The notes under the pieces: model-generated
What the model was told of the DNA's origin: nothing
Seen by the model: the letters and a program-made list of their open reading frames with translations, nothing else
The model's database searches: none
Made by a program: the position numbers and the translations under genes
Shown here: positions 12,252 through 24,029 of the stretch, one piece after another
Layout of the letters: every line of letters begins with the position of its first letter
Position numbering within the stretch: position 1 is the stretch's first letter
Assembly: GCF_001194135.2 (NCBI RefSeq)
Contig: NC_068988.1
Span: forward strand, 92,693,930-92,741,760
Direction of reading: 5' to 3'
DNA length: 47,831 nt
DNA from: Octopus bimaculoides
Lineage: Eukaryota

Positions 12252-12845
12252 TTACAAAACCTCTTAGTAAACAATATTCTTTGCTTTTCCTTGTAGAACA
12301 AATGCAGATAGATTCTTTTTGCCTCCCGCTTTAGAGCAGCCAACATTTAGTCGCTCGTGGGAGAAGCATAATTCCTCCAAGTGAAGTTCTACCACAGACA
12401 GTTTTTGACCCTGAGATTTACTGATAGACATTGCGAAGCTGTGCGAATAAGAAATTGCACTCTTCTGAATGAAAAAGGAATTTCTGCTCCCAATGGAATG
12501 AGAGGAATTCTAGGTATGAAAACATCCTCTCCTTTTCAACATTCTGAGAGAATGGTGGTCTCAATCACATGTAGCATCATCTTCTTTACCACAAGGCGTG
12601 TCCTATTGCAGAGTGTTCATGGATCCAAACTCCTCAATAACATTACTGGAGTTCCCACTTTCAGTTCCAATCTGTGGGAAGGTAGTCCTGGAGGCTGCAA
12701 GGAATTGAGAAATTCTGTTGGATAATTTACCACCTCTTCTGGATCTGGAATTGTATCAACTGACTTATAGATGTGAGGACTTCCAGAAAGGTACTGCAGC
12801 AGCTGCTCATTAATTTTACTTACAGTGCTGTTTTCTGGAGCCAAT
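12252..12845 (-). pseudogene. Helitron PIF1-like helicase C-terminal remnant
   Basis: [44 protein letters not shown]...VFIPRIPLIP...RRVQF..SFAMSISKSQGQ...CFSHERLNVGCSK...KNIVY*EVL*, with stops and one frameshift. Confidence 0.95.
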
Positions 12846-12893
12846 TGAGATTGTGATAATTTTTCGAATTTTTCGAATTTTTCGAATTACTAC

Positions 12894-13248
12894 GGCACTA
12901 CATCGGTTACAACGACGAGGGTACCAGTTGATCAGATCAACGGAACAGCTTGCTCGTGAAATTCATGTGCCAGTGGCTGAGCATTCCACAGACACGTGTA
13001 CCCTTAACGTAGTTCTCGGGAGACTCAGCGTGACACAAAGTGTGACAAGGTTGGCCCTTTGAAATACAGGTACAACAAATATATGAAGAAAGAGTGAGAG
13101 AAAGTTGTGGTGAAAGAGTACAGCAGGGTTCACCACCACCCCTGCCGGAGCCTCGTGGAGCTTTAAGTGTTTTCGCTCAATACTCACAGCGCCCGCTCTG
13201 GGAATCGAAACCGCTATCCTATGACCGCGAGCTGGGCCATTGCACCTT
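12894..13248 (-). mobile_element. SINE type B
   Basis: Reverse complement of the 8003-8370 copy, with a deletion in the tRNA-like head. Confidence 0.9.
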
Positions 13249-13276
13249 AACATACATATGAATATATACTAGATGT

Positions 13277-13495
13277 AAGGCAGCGAAGTGGCAGAAACGT
13301 TAGCACGACGGAGAAAACCCTTGGCTGCATTTCAGCCATCTTTACATTCTGAGTTCAAATTCCGCTGAGGTTAACATTGCCTCTCATCTCTTCTTGGGTC
13401 GATAAAGAAAGTACCAGTTAAGAGTTAGGGACGATGTAATCGACTTACTTACTCTCTCAAACTTGCTGGCCTTGTGCCAAAATTTGAAGCCAATA
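13277..13495 (+). mobile_element. SINE type D
   Basis: Full-length alignment to the other D copies. Confidence 0.9.
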
Positions 13496-13538
13496 TATAT
13501 AATTGATTAATTAATGAATTGCTGGATGAATCGATCGA

Positions 13539-13746
13539 TCCGGGTTCAGTCCCACTGCGTGGCATCTTGGACAAGTATCTTGGACAAGAATAGCCTCATG
13601 CCAATCCTCCATTATCTAACGGTTCGGCAAAAGGGACCGACAGAATAAGTATCAGGCCTAAAAGAAAAAGTACTGGGGTCGAGTTATTCGACTAAAAATC
13701 CTTCACCAGCATGGCCTCAGTCTAATGACTGAAACATGTAAAAGAT
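13539..13746 (+). mobile_element. SINE type A, internally deleted
   Basis: B-box region joined to the 3' module; the middle microsatellite is absent. Confidence 0.85.
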
Positions 13747-13830
13747 ATCCTTGTGTATTAATGCACATGAATATATATATTTGATACGTGTATTACAGCA
13801 TATCTACACAGTGTTGTATGTAGGTGTACG

Positions 13831-13951
<121 letters not shown>

Positions 13952-14634
13952 ATAATGTTTTAACACACATATATCATTCTCTACTTATATACTTGTATGC
14001 ATCTTGGTTGACTTACACACACAGTAATTCAGGTAAAAGTTTATAAGAAAATTAATCAAATTCGGACTAGCTTTATATTTCATTTTTCGCTATTTTTGAT
14101 AAACTTATTGCATCTAATCAAATTATCCAAATATTTTTCTGACAATGATAAATAATGTTCAGGTTTCACTTCTGTTCACCAATCACCATCCATATCTCTG
14201 TGCTGTCGTCATTGATATGAACATAGAAGATAAGAGAAGTGAATCAGCTTGTTACTGCTTCTAAATATGACATTCATTAATTCTTGCAGCACAGAAGCCA
14301 TTAAAACCGAGATTTGTTGAAAATATATTCTGCTGCATCGATCCACTTACAATCAGCCGGTAATAGTCTTTTAATTTTAGTTTTAACCAAAATAAAATTC
14401 GAGACAGAATTTAGGTCGTTACCGATTCATCGTTGAGCTAGAAATAACACACAAAGCAAGATATTTCTTTTGAAACAATCCAATTATGAGAGAACTAAAA
14501 CTTTTACGAAACGTTTCCTTCAGTGGGAGTCTAATGAGATTTTGTATTTTTTTTTTTAATGCATAAGCAAATAAACTTATACTTTCTCCCACCCCGACAA
14601 TCTTCAAACATTGTCATACAGTTGTTGTTTTTGT

Positions 14635-14811
14635 AGGCACTCCGTCGCTTACGACGTCGAGGATTCCAGTTGATCCGATCAACAGAACAACCTCCCCGTG
14701 AAATTAAAGTGCAAGTGGCTGAGCACTCCACAGACACGTGTACCCTTAACGTAGTTCTCAGGGATATTCAGCGTGACACAGTGTGACAAGGCTGACCCTT
14801 TGAATTACAGG
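14635..14811 (-). mobile_element. SINE type B 3' half
   Basis: Reverse complement of the type-B tail. Confidence 0.9.
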
Positions 14812-14812
14812 C

Positions 14813-14900
14813 ATGGGCTCTTAAGGTGATGGGCTCTTAAGGTCATGGGCTCTTAAGGTGATGGGCTCTTAAGGTCATGGGCTCTTAAGGTCATGGGCTC
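14813..14900 (+). repeat. 16-bp minisatellite, 5.5 copies
   Basis: ATGGGCTCTTAAGGT(G/C) units start at 14813, 14829, 14845, 14861 and 14877, with a partial unit at 14893. Confidence 0.97.
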
Positions 14901-15076
14901 AATTCCCGGCAGCGGGTTGTGTCATTGAGCAAGATACGTCATTTCATCGTGAAATACTACGTTAAGAGTACGCGTGTCTGCGGAGTACTCAGCCACTTGC
15001 ACGTTAATTTCATCAGCAGGCTGTTCCGTTGATCAGATCAACTGGAACCCTCGTCGTCATAACCGATGGAGTGCCG
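14885..15076 (+). mobile_element. Chimeric/deleted SINE (C-type head remnant + B tail)
   Basis: B-box-like GGCTCAATTCCC and CORE-like TTGTGTCATTGAGCAAG, followed by the type-B tail. Confidence 0.8.
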
Positions 15077-15715
15077 GTGGTTTAAAAAAAAAATTAATTC
15101 AAATAACACTGGTCATGTTTTTAACCTCGGATTATTGAAATAACTGAGCAGTTTTGTACCTACTTGACACCGTTGAACTAAAGACGTAGTTCTGGCGTTG
15201 TTCACGCGGAAGATTTTTCAGTTAATCACTACTTTTACCTCTTAGAATATTCCTTTTTCAATAACTAGCTCAGGTCACCACAGTAGTCGGTGCCTACAAC
15301 AGGAAAATCAATCATTCGTGTTCCGTCACCAGTACTTTGCCATCATACTACTGTCAAAGACATTTGCGACTCAACAAAGCAATCAACGTGTAAGTAACTA
15401 GATACTATGAGGAAGTACAGTTCGCCGTTCTAGATGCCGAGGTATGGTATAATTAACAATTTTTGTCATTGTTAATTTGCAGTGCAGGATCTAAAATACT
15501 TCTGTTGGTTTACTAAGGAGGCAGATAAAGTCAGCTAACCTATATAATTATGCTGGTTGAAGTAAAAGTTTCCAGTGTTGTCCAAATGACCAACAATTTA
15601 TGTGATACTCAAAATGTAGAACCTGACGTAACAGCAGCTTCATTATAGTTAATATTTATTCCACCGAGTGAAATATGTATTTAATAATATCTATTGATTT
15701 TTATTTCACCAATCA

Positions 15716-16115
15716 GGTAGAATCGTTAGCGCGTCGGGCAACAGGCTTAGCGGTATTTCATTCGTTTTTACGTTCTCAGTTCAAATTCCGCCGAGGTCGA
15801 CTTTGCCTTTCATCCTTTCGGAGGTCGATAAAATAAGTACCAGTTGAGCACTGAAGTCGATGCAATCAACTTAACCTCTCATCCGAAATTGCTGGTCTTA
15901 TGCCAACATTTGAAACCAATATCTTTTTTGCACCAAAGGCAGCGAGCTGGCAGAATCGTCAAACAAAATGCTTGGCGGCATTTCTTCCGGATTTACGTTC
16001 TAAGTTCAAATTTCGCCGATGTTGACTTTACTCTTCATCCTTTAGGTGTCGATGTCATCGACTTACTCTCTCCTCCGAATTTGCTAGCCTTGTGCCAAAG
16101 CTTGAAATCAATATT
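15716..16115 (+). mobile_element. Two tandem SINE type D copies
   Basis: Copies at about 15716-15925 and 15936-16115. Confidence 0.9.
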
Positions 16116-17900
16116 CCTTTCACAAAAAAAAAAAAGACCGTCCTTAGAAATTATTAGAGAAATTCTCTCTGTAGGATCACGATTTACTCGCTACAATATT
16201 ATATCAAGTACACTTCGAACATGTAGCATTACTTCCTGATTCAAACTATAACTAGAGTTATTAGATTCTAAAATTTCATGAGAAAAGGCAGCTTGGTTGG
16301 TGTTCACTGCCTACGGTATAGCTAAGGTGTTGAAATGTGTGCGGGGAGCCTAACAGAATGTTTGCAAGTTAAGTCGTTATTTTGCAATCATACTCTCTGT
16401 ATATAGGCAGCTACTTTGGTTTAAACATTTTGTTTCAGTAAGTATTTAGTCCTATACATATAGAATGCGATCGACTCCTATCTTATATTTAAGGCTCTCC
16501 CGGTAATGAATATTATATGCATCTTCTTTGCAGTACACCACAAACTTTGAAAGGCAACAGTCTATTAGTAGGGAAAGTCGTGGGGGTGGATTCGAATTAC
16601 ATGTCAAATAAAGGTAAGAGATGGTAGTCGATGCACGGATTCTGATCTTGATTCTGGTTATTGTGATGCGATGTCAGGTGCGCCGCTGTTATTTAGTTTG
16701 ACATTGTTTTTGTTGAAAAAACTACAATATTTGTCGTTGTTAGATGTGCTTTTGCACCAAAGTAAAAAATCTACTAGCTAAGTTTTGCGAGCGTTGAAAC
16801 TGAAAAGCATTTAAAACAGCGCTTAACTATTGTAATGTTTGTGGCGTTTTAAAATTGCTGGTGTTGTTGTTTGTATGATGAATTTGAAGTCGCTTAGTAT
16901 CGGTGCATCATTGTGGTGTTGGGATGCACAGGTGAAAGAAGCTTCGTCTAAGGATAGGCCCCAAAAAGCATGTGCTGATGTTCTCGATTAGGCCTTGATA
17001 ATAGACCGTGAATGGTTAGAACCTTTGCTAACGAGTAATAGTTTTTCTCAAGAGGTGGCAATTATTGTTAACTAAATTGAAAGTAATAGCTAAGAAGATA
17101 ACAGTTCTTAGATCTGTACCAATTGTCACTTTTAGGTATAGTTCTTTATGTGGATCAATAAGGTTTTTGTCAATGCTTTTAACTGACAACTTTTCATATT
17201 TAGTGTTAGTATGATCTCATCATCTCGATACATACCTCATTTTAAGCTATGAATTTCACGTGTAGTAAGTATAAATAGAAGTAAATTGATTACTTTGATT
17301 TGAGTTGAAATCATTTCTCTATGTCTTAAGTTCAAATCTGCAGAGGTAGACTTTGTCAGTTATGTAATGAGCGCACTTAAACACAACCATAGTCTGGTTG
17401 CAATTCCACTGACAACAACTGATTTCTCCTCTATTACTTATTTATAATCTTGAGGCAATATGATAATATTTCTGTCAATACTTATCAAAGTTATAATACG
17501 CATAAGTTAGTTTACACTTTAAAACTTTAACATTTCATTACATAGTCGCGTGTAAAATTAAATTTGCGAGGGTTGATGGTTTAGCAGAACCAGTAGAGGT
17601 GAGGACAAAAATGCCTCGTAGTATTTAGTGATACCTTATTCTGAGGTCAACTTTGCTTGTCCTCCTACCCAGACGACAAAATAAAGCGAACCCACAATTT
17701 AACGGTCCAATATCAGAAAACCTATTTGTTAAATTGGAAATATCGTAAGGGCCACATTCACAAAGCTTCAAAGCACTCTACATAGAGCACAGTGTAAAAT
17801 TAACAAATTATGATATAGAATATGTAAATTTTACTCCCCTTATTAACAGTGTAATTGAAGTGTATTTTACTGTAATCGAAGTGGTGGTAGTGTATTCCCA

Positions 17901-18200
17901 TTGCCCTACTTTGGCAGTGAGGGACAGGCAATCATTATCTGTATGGCGAAAGAAGTTGAGTGATGAATGAGACTGAAAGGGTTGAGGACAGACACCTCAT
18001 CAACTTTTTCAAGTTTCACTTGGAAAAGAAAATGAAGGTAAAGAAGGGCGTTCTGCCTCCCAGCACATTTGTTGAAGAGTAGATAAAGGTAGTGCGCATA
18101 TTCTAAGTAAACGGGTCTGGTCTGAGTATACGCCTATAGACTGGAGCAGGACGACTAGGAGAAGAGTCTTTGTTTTTTGTGTGGAGTTTCCATGAGTAAC
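17901..18200 (+). mobile_element. Older L1/Tx1 LINE 3' fragment
   Basis: LPYFGSEGQAIIICMAKEV**MRLKGLRTDT..INFFKFHLEKKMKVKKGVLP aligns with the 18792-19244 translation. Confidence 0.8.
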
Positions 18201-18419
18201 CCATGGAAGTCAGTATCACTTTAGTGTTTGGCCTACCTGGCCATTTACACTTTAGCATGGTCTAACCGTAACTCTAACCCCGATCCTAACTCCTAGCCAT
18301 AGACCCTAATCTCAGCCCTATTTTTATTTCCCTTGTTTACCTGTCTTTTTATGTAATACCACACTATCGTCCTGTAATGTTCTGGATCTTTTAGTTAATC
18401 TTTGTGGCCAACAAAAATG

Positions 18420-18476
<57 letters not shown>

Positions 18477-18477
18477 A

Positions 18478-18512
<35 letters not shown>
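18420..18512 (+). repeat. (TAC)n(TGC)n microsatellite
   Basis: Direct reading. Confidence 0.95.
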
Positions 18513-18513
<1 letters not shown>

Positions 18514-18722
18514 AAGCTGGTAGAATTGTTAGCATAACGGACAAAATGCTACGCGGTACTTCGTCCGTCTTTATGCTCTGACTTCAAATTTCGCCGAGGT
18601 CGACTTTGCCTTTCATCCTTTCGAGGTCGATAAAATAAGTACCGTTTACGCCACACTGGGGAAGGGGGTGATGTCGATTAGCCACTCTCCCAAAATTTAG
18701 GCCTTGTGCCTATACCACAAAG
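18513..18722 (+). mobile_element. SINE type D
   Basis: Aligns to the other D copies; followed by a (CAT)n(ATT)n tail. Confidence 0.9.
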
Positions 18723-18739
18723 CATCATCATCATCATCT

Positions 18740-18790
<51 letters not shown>

Positions 18791-18792
<2 letters not shown>

Positions 18793-19484
18793 AACTTTAC
18801 AGGCACAGAAATGCCGTCAGCCGGGCATGCCCAAGGTACGTTGAGAACGACGAAACCGTTCTGCACGCACTCGTCCAGTGCCCGAGCATTACTGACCTGT
18901 GTGTTTATGTCGAACACCTGCTGTCGCGTGTAGGACGGATCCGACTATCGGCTGAATCAATAGTGAAGGTTGCCCCGCTACCCTCCTTTGGCCGGGAGGG
19001 GCAGGTAATTTTTATTTGTCTGGTGGCTGTAGCGAAGGAGGTAGTATGGCGGACTCGTTTGAAAGGGTTAAAGTCAGACACTTTCCTCTTTGGCTAAACT
19101 CTCATCAACCTTTTCAAGTTTCACTTGAAAAGGAAGTTGAGGGTGAAGAGGGAAGTGTTACCTTGTAGCAAGTTTGTTGAAACGTGGGTGAATGCTGGAA
19201 GAATGGCCAGTGTGAAAGGACCACTTCTGAGCGTGCACCTGTAGGAAGGGAATCAAAGGAGACGGGCTCTTGCCCTGTTGTTCGGGTACCTGTGGCTTTT
19301 GTGGGCTTTTCCACGAGGACCTAAAAGCGCTTTCCTTATTGGGAGTTTTAATTTGTTCAATGTTATTGCTATTATAGTCTGTACGCGCCTAAAACCCATT
19401 GTATCTTCCTGTTTTCTTTTTTGTCTTTTATGTTGTATGTCTTTTAATGTTTTTGTATGTGAGCCCTTGTGGCTAATAAAAGAA
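18791..19484 (+). mobile_element. 5'-truncated L1/Tx1-clade LINE (ORF2 C-terminus + 3' UTR)
   Basis: Frame 18792-19244 has 150 codons with one internal stop: ACPRYVENDETVLHALVQCP (degenerate CCHC finger)...AKEVVWRTRLKG...FKFHLKRKL. AATAAA at 19475-19480. Confidence 0.9.
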
Positions 19485-19490
19485 TGAATT

Positions 19491-19503
19491 ACTATTATTA
19501 TTG

Positions 19504-19589
<86 letters not shown>

Positions 19590-19601
19590 CGTAGTAGTAG
19601 T
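19491..19601 (+). repeat. (TAT)n(TAG)n microsatellite
   Basis: Direct reading. Confidence 0.95.
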
Positions 19602-20072
19602 ATTGCTATTCAGTATTTTAAATCCGAAATCCATTAAACCATAGCCTAGCCAGTTAAACTGAAGTTTTATTCAGCCAGTCGTGGTCTGGGTCGTTATAAC
19701 CCAATATTCAATCTATACCAATGCTAAAAAAATAATCAATATCAAATTTGTTAGGTTTACATCAGTACACTTTGAGGAATTTGAAATTAGCGGGGACATT
19801 GCTTTGTTTAAAATATAACCTGAAAATGGAATTTTTCTTTTATTAGTTGGATCAGTCAAAGGGACAGAATGTTACAACTCTCAGCTTTCTCTCCCTTTCT
19901 CTCTTCCTCTCTGTTTTCTTCTTTGGCTATCATTTTCTCCCTCTCTCTTTCACAGTTTCTTTCTTTCTTTCTTTCTTTCTACTTTGCTGCTTCCATACAA
20001 TTTTTACAGTCAACATTTCTGCATTTACTGCGCTGCCTTTGGTTTAAGTTTCATTTGTCTTGAACAAGGTAA

Positions 20073-20103
<31 letters not shown>

Positions 20104-20147
20104 AACAAGTGAAACAACAAAAAAAGAAAGGCAAACGGAAGAAAGGA

Positions 20148-20200
<53 letters not shown>

Positions 20201-21066
20201 NNNNNNNNNNNNNNNNNNNNNNNNNNNNNNNNNNNNNNNNNNNNNNNNNNNNNNNNNNNNNNNNNNNNNNNNNNNNNNNNNNNNNNNNNNNNNNNNNNNN
20301 NNNNNNNNNNNNNNNNNNNNNNNNNNNNNNNNNNNNNNNNNNNNNNNNNNNNNNNNNNNNNNNNNNNNNNNNNNNNNNNNNNNNNNNNNNNNNNNNNNNN
20401 NNNNNNNNNNNNNNNNNNNNNNNNNNNNNNNNNNNNNNNNNNNNNNNNNNNNNNNNNNNNNNNNNNNNNNNNNNNNNNNNNNNNNNNNNNNNNNNNNNNN
20501 NNNNNNNNNNNNNNNNNNNNNNNNNNNNNNNNNNNNNNNNNNNNNNNNNNNNNNNNNNNNNNNNNNNNNNNNNNNNNNNNNNNNNNNNNNNNNNNNNNNN
20601 NNNNNNNNNNNNNNNNNNNNNNNNNNNNNNNNNNNNNNNNNNNNNNNNNNNNNNNNNNNNNNNNNNNNNNNNNNNNNNNNNNNNNNNNNNNNNNNNNNNN
20701 NNNNNNNNNNNNNNNNNNNNNNNNNNNNNNNNNNNNNNNNNNNNNNNNNNNNNNNNNNNNNNNNNNNNNNNNNNNNNNNNNNNNNNNNNNNNNNNNNNNN
20801 NNNNNNNNNNNNNNNNNNNNNNNNNNNNNNNNNNNNNNNNNNNNNNNNNNNNNNNNNNNNNNNNNNNNNNNNNNNNNNNNNNNNNNNNNTATGTATGTGT
20901 GTTTGTGTGTGTGTGTGTCTATATATATAATATATATATACACATAAACGTACACTTGAACATGCCGTGAATGTCGAAGAGAAATAATGCTTACAGTGTA
21001 TTACACACTCTCTCTCTCTCTCACACACACACACACTCTCAGTCTCATGCACAAACACTCACGCAC

Positions 21067-21108
<42 letters not shown>

Positions 21109-21262
21109 GCACACACACACAATTACAGAAAAGTCATGAGAGCAGTGAAACATTCCACTGTGAAATTTCTCGCGAATGAGACATTATCGTTACCATATTG
21201 ATTTTAGATTTCCTCAACTTGTGTCACACCACTTGTGGCATTGGTGTATCAGCATTCTAATA

Positions 21263-21333
21263 ATAGCAGTAGTAGTGGTGGCAATAGAAGAAGAAGTAGT
21301 AGTAGTGGTGGCAGTAGTAGTAGTAGTGGTGGC

Positions 21334-21404
<71 letters not shown>

Positions 21405-21926
21405 NNNNNNNNNNNNNNNNNNNNNNNNNNNNNNNNNNNNNNNNNNNNNNNNNNNNNNNNNNNNNNNNNNNNNNNNNNNNNNNNNNNNNNNNNNNNNNNN
21501 NNNNNNNNNNNNNNNNNNNNNNNNNNNNNNNNNNNNNNNNNNNNNNNNNNNNNNNNNNNNNNNNNNNNNNNNNNNNNNNNNNNNNNNNNNNNNNNNNNNN
21601 NNNNNNNNNNNNNNNNNNNNNNNNNNNNNNNNNNNNNNNNNNNNNNNNNNNNNNNNNNNNNNNNNNNNNNNNNNNNNNNNNNNNNNNNNNNNNNNNNNNN
21701 NNNNNNNNNNNNNNNNNNNNNNNNNNNNNNNNNNNNNNNNNNNNNNNNNNNNNNNNNNNNNNNNNNNNNNNNNNNNNNNNNNNNNNNNNNNNNNNNNNNN
21801 NNNNNNNNNNNNNNNNNNNNNNNNNNNNNTAGCAGTAGTAGTAGTAGCTGTAGCATGAGCAGTAACAGTTGTAATAGTAGAAGTAGCATGACCAACAGAA
21901 GGGACAGTAGGAGCAGCAGCAGTAGC

Positions 21927-21981
<55 letters not shown>

Positions 21982-22075
21982 ACAGCTGCATCGACCGTTG
22001 CAACAACAATAACAACGGAAGCAGCAGCAGCAGCAGCAGTAGTTGTAATAGTTGTAGTTGTAGTAACAACAGCAT
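21263..22075 (+). repeat. (AGT)n/(AGC)n trinucleotide tract spanning a gap
   Basis: Direct reading; source of the poly-S/V/L/Y/T ORFs. Confidence 0.9.
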
Positions 22076-22261
22076 CATTTTGTCTTCCAATGTGTGGCTT
22101 ATAATACTTCCACACCATATTTAACCTTCAATTTGGAGCACCAGCAAAGGCTCTTGCCGTTAGTCTATGGATCTCAGAATCTCGGGCAGACCCTCAAGTC
22201 ATACACTCCAGTACATGACAAACTTTAATTTTTTAAATCTAACAATATGGCGTCACATAAA

Positions 22262-22570
22262 TTCTGTGTTTCAGTCATTGGTCGACAGCCATTTTGAATC
22301 ACTGATTTGAAAGAATTTTAGTCGATCATATCGACCCCAGTTTTGTACGATTACTGTGTCACACCGCTAAGTTACGGGACAAAATCAGAGATGCCGTTTC
22401 TCAATTGGTGTCAAGAGAAACTGAAACACCCCCTCCCGCTACACTAGCACACATAACATGATTCCACACAGTTTCCGTTTTCCAATTTCACGCATAAGAC
22501 ATAGATCAGCGCTTGGTTTTAGTGGACGATATTTGACCAAACCGAAACGCAGAGGAACTGACCCCGAAAT
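22262..22570 (-). mobile_element. Highly diverged SINE type A
   Basis: TGTTTCAGTCATT, TCGACCCCAG, ACCGCTAAGTTACGGGAC and CAGTTTCCGT motifs occur in the expected order. Confidence 0.65.
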
Positions 22571-22881
22571 ATATATACCTAATTAGACTATGTTAACTGA
22601 ATGAGGTACGCACTGTAATAATTGCATGTACCTCATCCTTTGAAATATAGCATGACCTCATTCTGTGAAATATAAATCCTACCTTATCCTTCATAAAGTA
22701 ATTCCTATCTCAATCACTTGGACAAATAATTGATGAAATGTTTTCTTTTTACTTAGGTGCAGCATTTCAGATTTTTGGAGGAAGAGGATTAAATCACGAG
22801 ATTTTCATGGTAATTCACGCAAGAAATTTGAAATGGCTTAAACTGGGAACTAAAATCGGTTTCCTTCCTTACAACAACTCT

Positions 22882-23030
22882 TCTTAATTTTGGCACAAGG
22901 CCGACAGTTTGGAGTGGGAAGTCGATTCCATTAATCCAAGTGTTTAACTGATTCTTATCTTATCGACTCCGAAAGTATGAAAGGCAAAGCCGACCTCGGC
23001 AAGATTTGAACTTAGAATATAAAGAGCTCA
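22882..23030 (-). mobile_element. SINE type D
   Basis: Reverse complement of the D consensus. Confidence 0.85.
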
Positions 23031-23093
23031 AATCCCATCGAGGTTAACTTTGAACATCAACAAAAACAGCAGCCACAATACCGATGACAATGA

Positions 23094-23125
<32 letters not shown>

Positions 23126-23611
23126 AAGATGATTAATTGAATTTCTGTACTCTTTAGCAGCTTCCTGAAATTTAGCATCTCTCTGACACACTAACCTTTT
23201 CTTCAGTCGCACCGGTGGAATGTGATATTTCGCATTATGGCAAACAAAATTCTCTGACTTTTATTTAAATATCCCTAAATCTAGCAGGTGAATGAAATGT
23301 ATAGATATTAAACAGTAGTCTGCTAAACCTATAGTTGATTGTTCAGTTTCGGGTGGGTATAATTAATTAGCTTGAACGAAAACATTTTTATATTGTATTT
23401 CGGGATGATAATATTTCTTTTTTTTTTTGCCAAGTAAACACATGCACTATATATTCGTTCTTCACTCGTTTGTTATTGTTTTTATTTTAACTCATGTTCA
23501 TTGTGCGGAAATCTTTCGGTACACATCTGTGACCTCTTCAGCGATACCTTCCGTCCTCGTGTGCGCTCCTGCTCTGCTTTGGCCATTCTCCTCTTCAATT
23601 TTTGTTTCTTA

Positions 23612-23970
23612 TTATCTTTTACTTGTTTCAGTAATCTGACTGCGGCTATGCTGGAGCACCACCTTGAAGGGTTTTAGTCGAACAAATCGATATCAGGACT
23701 TATTTTTTGAAGCCTAGTTCTTATTGTATTGGTCATTTTTTCCGAACCGCTAAGTTACGAGGACGTAAACACACCGATACCGGTTGTCAAGCGGTGTTCA
23801 GGACACACTCACACATACATGACAGGTTTCTTTCAGTTTCCATCTACTCAAAAGGTTTTGGTAAGGCCGAGGCTATTGCAGAAAACACTTGCCCAAAGTG
23901 CTACGCAATGGGACAGATCCCAGAACCATGTGGCTGGGAGGCAAGCTTCTTACCACATAACCACACCTGT
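23612..23970 (-). mobile_element. SINE type A
   Basis: Full head-to-tail alignment; the internal microsatellite is very short. Confidence 0.9.
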
Positions 23971-23996
23971 AGATCATTTTTAAATTATGAAATTTT

Positions 23997-24029
<33 letters not shown>

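Noticed and set aside
14813-14900. Regular repeats here and at 39661-39800, 43528-44158 and 44961-45038 as CRISPR arrays
   Set aside because: The units are contiguous and similar along their whole length, there are no unique spacers or cas genes, and the context is eukaryotic.
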